Source: an uncultured Treponemataceae bacterium (GTDB lineage Bacteria > Spirochaetota > Spirochaetia > Treponematales > Treponemataceae). From it: a stretch of DNA of 49,486 nt. The stretch lies in NCBI GenBank assembly GCA_964369855.1, contig CAYJGO010000001.1, positions 1 to 49,486 on the forward strand. The letters run 5' to 3'. The notes under the pieces are model-generated. The model was given only the letters and a program-made list of their open reading frames with translations, searched no databases and was not told the DNA's origin. Both the position numbers and the translations under genes were made by a program. Of this stretch, positions 46,164 to 49,486 are shown piece after piece (the first letter of the stretch is position 1; each line of letters starts with the position of its first letter).

Positions 46164-47906
46164 TTAATTGTCCTCCAAAAAATCAGGAATTTCATCAATT
46201 GACTTTACAATTCGATAAGAGTACCCTTGTTCTGCTAAAAATTTTTGTCTGTTTGCACCAAAGATATCTTCTTCTGTGTTTCTAGTAATAATTGTTATGA
46301 ATCGGGCAATACGTTTTTTTGGTCTAAGAATCCTGCCCAGTCGTTGTGCTTCTTCTTGTCGGCTTCCAAAGGTGCCTGATATTTGAATGGCCATAGAAGC
46401 ATCAGGCAGATCAATTGCAAAATTTGCCACTTTTGAAACAATTAATACTCGTATATCTCCTTTTCTAAATGAAGCATAAATTGTGTCTCGCACAGAATTT
46501 GGTGTTTTCCCTGTAATAATCGGAATGTCTAGTAGTTCTGCTAACTCACCTAGTTGATTTAAATATTGTCCTATAATTAATATTTTGTCTTCGGTAAAAC
46601 GAGACACTAAGTCCATTACTACTTTAATTTTAGCTGGGTTTTCACATGCAATGCGATGTTTTTGCCGTATGGAAGCAGTTGCATATTCGATTTCTTTTTC
46701 AGTTGCCAGATCAAGGCGTACTTCAATGCACTCGGATTGTGCTATCCAACCAGACTTCTCAAGCTCTTTCCAAGGCACATCATATCTTTTTGGCCCAACT
46801 AAACTAAAAACGTGTTTTTCACACCCATCCTCTCTAACTAGTGTAGCTGTAAGCCCTACGCGGCGTATTGCTTGTATTTCAGCTGTCACTCGAAAAACTG
46901 GTGCAGGGAGTAAGTGCACTTCATCATATATAATTAATCCCCAGTTTCGCTCATTAAATAATTGGAAGTGCGGAAAAGGACCTTCTTTTTCTGGTCTCCA
47001 TGTTAATATTTGGTATGTTGCAATTGTAACTGGAGCAATGCATTTTTTTTCTCCTGTATATTCACCAATTGAGGTTGAAGAGATGCTTGTTTTATCTAAA
47101 AGCTCTGATTTCCATTGATGAACAGCAGAAATATTTGTTGTTACTATTAAGGTGCTCATTTGTAGCTTTTCCATTATACTCATTGCAACAACTGTTTTTC
47201 CTGACCCACACGGCAGAACGATTGTTCCGTATCCTGTTCCAGCACCACCATTACCTAAAAAGGATTTCACGGCATTTGTTTGGTAGTCTCGCAATTGAAA
47301 TGGCTTGCCTGCTTTTGTTTCATTGTTAAAAGAGAAAGGTAGTTTTTCACCGTCTTTTAAAGGAACGTCATCCTTTACTGGCCATAATAAACTAATTAAT
47401 TCTTGTTTAATGATGCCTCTATTAGTCAATAATAAACGAAAAGCAAATAAATCATTATTGCCTAAAGAAACCTCTGTTGGGGTTAAATATTTTTGCAATT
47501 TTTTATTTGAGGATAATTCTCGAAAAATGAGTAGCTCATCGCACACTAAAAGGAGTGTTTTTTCTTTTATAGTTTCTGATGCCTCTCCAATTGTTAGGGG
47601 GTCTTCTATCAATCTAAGCTTTCCAAACCTAGAAGCTGTTTCTTCAATCCAAACTATTACGTTTTGAGGAATATCAAAGCGTGAATATGTAGTTAATACA
47701 TTAATTACATCAGCTGGAAGAACGCCAGCACTGGCGGCATTCCATAAGGATAAAGCTGATAGAAAATATGTATGAAGATGTTCAGGAGAGCTTTGTAGCT
47801 CAGCAAAAGGTATCAAAGCATCGCGACATTCATCTGCAAGTGGTGCATGAACATCTAACAATAGGGTTTTGTCACTTTGTATAATTAGAGGGTTTGTTGA
47901 GTTCAT
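46164..47906 (-). CDS. xpb: XPB/Ssl2 (ERCC3)-type SF2 DNA helicase/translocase
   Basis: Motif I CGSGKTVVAM, motif II YDEVH, motif III GLTATL followed by the XPB-specific RED motif (LVREDG), and motif VI QRLGRILR. An N-terminal ~100-aa domain precedes the core. Confidence 0.85.
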   Translation of the reverse strand: MNSTNPLIIQSDKTLLLDVHAPLADECRDALIPFAELQSSPEHLHTYFLSALSLWNAASAGVLPADVINVLTTYSRFDIPQNVIVWIEETASRFGKLRLIEDPLTIGEASETIKEKTLLLVCDELLIFRELSSNKKLQKYLTPTEVSLGNNDLFAFRLLLTNRGIIKQELISLLWPVKDDVPLKDGEKLPFSFNNETKAGKPFQLRDYQTNAVKSFLGNGGAGTGYGTIVLPCGSGKTVVAMSIMEKLQMSTLIVTTNISAVHQWKSELLDKTSISSTSIGEYTGEKKCIAPVTIATYQILTWRPEKEGPFPHFQLFNERNWGLIIYDEVHLLPAPVFRVTAEIQAIRRVGLTATLVREDGCEKHVFSLVGPKRYDVPWKELEKSGWIAQSECIEVRLDLATEKEIEYATASIRQKHRIACENPAKIKVVMDLVSRFTEDKILIIGQYLNQLGELAELLDIPIITGKTPNSVRDTIYASFRKGDIRVLIVSKVANFAIDLPDASMAIQISGTFGSRQEEAQRLGRILRPKKRIARFITIITRNTEEDIFGANRQKFLAEQGYSYRIVKSIDEIPDFLEDN

Positions 47907-47921
47907 TATATTCCATTACTT

Positions 47922-48626
47922 TTAATCAGTTAAACTAAATTCTTCTAGTTTTCCTGTGTTTTTTATTTTATCAATAATGTCAAAAATATCTATTGCGGGA
48001 GGCACTCGAACAAAGAAAGAAATAACAATGTGTTTCTTTAAAAAATCGCGTGATACGTCTGTATTTATTACGAGTAAGCCATTTGTAGTTAAAATTGATG
48101 TAATGGCTTCTACATCTACACGCTTATTCATAAATGATAAATTTAATTTTTTTGCCCTACCAGAAGGAAAAAACTTATCTTCAACTTTCTCAATGATAAC
48201 AATTGCTGAGACGAGCAAAAGCAAAGTTGCAGTGGCGGGTATTATAAAGCCAGCACCTACGGCCATTCCTATTGCTGCGGCACTCCATATGATAGCTGAT
48301 GATGTAAGGCCTTTAATATTAAGGCCTTGTAGCATTATTGTTCCTGCGCCTAGAAACCCAATACCGGAAACTACTTGGGCTGCTATTCTTGATGGGTCAC
48401 CAGTGCTGTTTGGTAATTGTGTCCCTGTATAAATCGAAAGAAGCATTAAGAGAGAAGAAGAAACACAGATAAGCATAAGAGTTCTAATCCCTACAAATTG
48501 GTGGCGTTTTTTTCTCTCAATTCCTAAAACACAACCAAACAAAAAACTTATTAATATTCTAACTAGTGAAGAATACCAAGTGAGGTCTGCTTGAAAAAGT
48601 GCTTTATATAAGTCCATAGCATCCAT
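47922..48626 (-). CDS. mgtC: MgtC/SapB-family membrane protein
   Basis: GIERKKRHQFVGIRT and GIGFLGAGTIM motifs, with a C-terminal soluble ACT-like domain. Confidence 0.85.
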   Translation of the reverse strand: MDAMDLYKALFQADLTWYSSLVRILISFLFGCVLGIERKKRHQFVGIRTLMLICVSSSLLMLLSIYTGTQLPNSTGDPSRIAAQVVSGIGFLGAGTIMLQGLNIKGLTSSAIIWSAAAIGMAVGAGFIIPATATLLLLVSAIVIIEKVEDKFFPSGRAKKLNLSFMNKRVDVEAITSILTTNGLLVINTDVSRDFLKKHIVISFFVRVPPAIDIFDIIDKIKNTGKLEEFSLTD

Positions 48627-48647
48627 AATGAAGCCTTTTAGAGTATT

Positions 48648-49352
48648 CTAACGTCTAAAGAGCGGACGTCCCGCAGGTTTCGCTCCTGGATGTACCCATC
48701 TAGCAGCTTGTTTAGCATCAATAGTTGGGGTTGCACTTGATGCCTCTACATATGGTATAAGCCATGGATAAAGGTCTAGTGCATCATCTATGGTTCCAGG
48801 GCACTCAATAAGATGAACTGCAGTTGAAGAAGAGGCATATTTGGTGGCAATGCTCTCTGCAAAGGCTTTAAATGCGGCTGCTGCAGCTTCAACAAAAGGT
48901 CCTGATGGGGGTGTATCAGTTCTATTTTGTGACTTTAAAGCTTCTTGTAATGAGGGGTGCTTCTTTAACACAAAACAGAGACTCCCTGTTTTTGTTTTTG
49001 AAAATCGCTCTAACAGTTCCAAGGTTAAATACATATACCCTGCAAATAAAGTGTCCATGCCTCTTGATACAACTTGCGAGTTCATTTTATCAAAGTCATT
49101 TACGTACAAAGCTGTATCAAAAATTAAAAAAGCTGAATCTATAGGACCAAATTTTGTTTCTGTTTCTAAAACAAGAGCTCTAGCAGAAATTGGGGAGGAT
49201 CTATTCCAAACAAAGCTTGCTGCCGCATTTGAAACTTTTTGTTTTTTTTCTAGAATGGTTACCATTACATTGTCACCATTATCTACCGCACTGTGTACAA
49301 AGTCTTGGCAAAATGGGTATTCTTTTCCGGCTATTAAAAGTGTTTTTTCCAT
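48648..49352 (-). CDS. Short-chain dehydrogenase-fold protein lacking the NAD(P) and catalytic motifs
   Basis: SDR-like layout (MEKTLLIAGK..., FGPIDSAFLIFD, GSLCFVLK). There is no TGxxxGxG and no YxxxK. I prefer ATG 49352; the ORF-track start at 49388 is a TTG. Confidence 0.5.
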   Translation of the reverse strand: MEKTLLIAGKEYPFCQDFVHSAVDNGDNVMVTILEKKQKVSNAAASFVWNRSSPISARALVLETETKFGPIDSAFLIFDTALYVNDFDKMNSQVVSRGMDTLFAGYMYLTLELLERFSKTKTGSLCFVLKKHPSLQEALKSQNRTDTPPSGPFVEAAAAAFKAFAESIATKYASSSTAVHLIECPGTIDDALDLYPWLIPYVEASSATPTIDAKQAARWVHPGAKPAGRPLFRR

Positions 49353-49359
49353 AATATAA

Positions 49360-49368
49360 AGTATATCA
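49360..49368 (-). promoter_or_regulatory. Extended -10 element TGATATACT, 7 nt upstream of ATG 49352
   Basis: The minus strand reads TGATATACT, then TTATATT, then ATG. No SD. This is the likely promoter of the SDR-like, mgtC, XPB and partner operon. Confidence 0.45.
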
Positions 49369-49486
49369 TGACTTTTATTTTTTCTCAAGAGGTAATTATA
49401 GATATAAAAAAAGCCTTCTTTGTAGTGAACTCCGTTTTTAGGACAGTCTCCTACAAAGCAATCAAAGAGGACTGATTTCTGAATTG

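Noticed and set aside
49418-49458. Inverted repeat CTTTGTAG / CTACAAAG near the right edge, followed on the minus strand by AAGGC and a T7 run. Considered as a possible terminator of an off-window minus-strand gene.
   Set aside because: The stem is only 8 bp with a 25-nt loop, and the T-run is offset by 5 nt. The upstream gene is not visible, so this cannot be supported as a feature.
1-49486. Scan for tRNA, rRNA, tmRNA, RNase P or SRP RNAs, CRISPR repeats, IS elements or transposases, integrases, toxin-antitoxin pairs and known defence genes.
   Set aside because: I found nothing by eye. Intergenic regions are mostly under 130 bp. The two longer ones (2151-2602 and 23006-23286) lack the conserved cores of these RNAs. 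No repeat arrays or mobility genes are present. A covariance-model scan would be needed for certainty.

Overview
This is an AT-rich (by eye about one-third G+C), densely coding chromosomal segment. I call 39 CDSs, one of them cut by the left edge. The content is housekeeping plus signalling:
- Glycogen catabolism: glgX, glgP.
- Polyphosphate: ppx, ppk1.
- Glycolysis and C1 metabolism: pfk, fhs.
- tRNA/rRNA modification: tcdA, mnmE, mnmG, rsmI, a SpoU-family methyltransferase, and a U32-family enzyme.
- Other core genes: lspA, aroA, metA.
- Motility and second-messenger genes: flgM, an MCP, a PilZ protein, an HDOD protein, and a dual cNMP-binding regulator.

FlgM, MCP, PilZ, HDOD and cNMP proteins together with an XPB/ERCC3-type helicase and a PFK with a PPi-type Lys make me guess a spirochete, possibly Treponema-like. 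That is a guess from gene content only.

Inferred transcription units:
- glgX-glgP-mcp (+)
- pfk plus FMN-dehydrogenase-like gene (-)
- GH-PAP2-mnmE (+)
- membrane protein, nif3, lspA, small membrane protein (-)
- HDOD gene (+)
- rsmI-flgM-FeADH-like-spoU (-)
- GH63-like gene (+)
- ppx-ppk1 (+)
- metA-mnmG (-)
- esterase-U32-NYN/LOTUS-HAD (+)
- FAD-oxidoreductase plus fhs (-)
- cNMP regulator (-)
- PHP gene and comM/yifB (+)
- aroA (-)
- SDR-like gene, mgtC, XPB, XPB partner (-)

I saw no rRNA, tRNA, CRISPR array, transposase, integrase or phage genes. The window reads as core genome rather than an accessory island.

The observations most worth follow-up:
1. A translationally coupled XPB-type helicase and an uncharacterised 693-aa partner that appears to carry a copy of the XPB N-terminal domain.
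2. A recurring architecture in which a -10 element, often in the extended TGnTAnnnT form, sits 5-7 nt from the start codon of operon-first genes with no Shine-Dalgarno. This implies widespread leaderless mRNAs.
3. A cluster of DnaA-box-like 9-mers in the one unusually long AT-rich intergenic region.
4. Two near-identical promoter modules.
5. Two apparently catalytically dead enzyme folds (Fe-ADH-like, SDR-like) embedded in the flgM and XPB operons.

All homology statements rest on motifs I recognise by eye. No database search was run.
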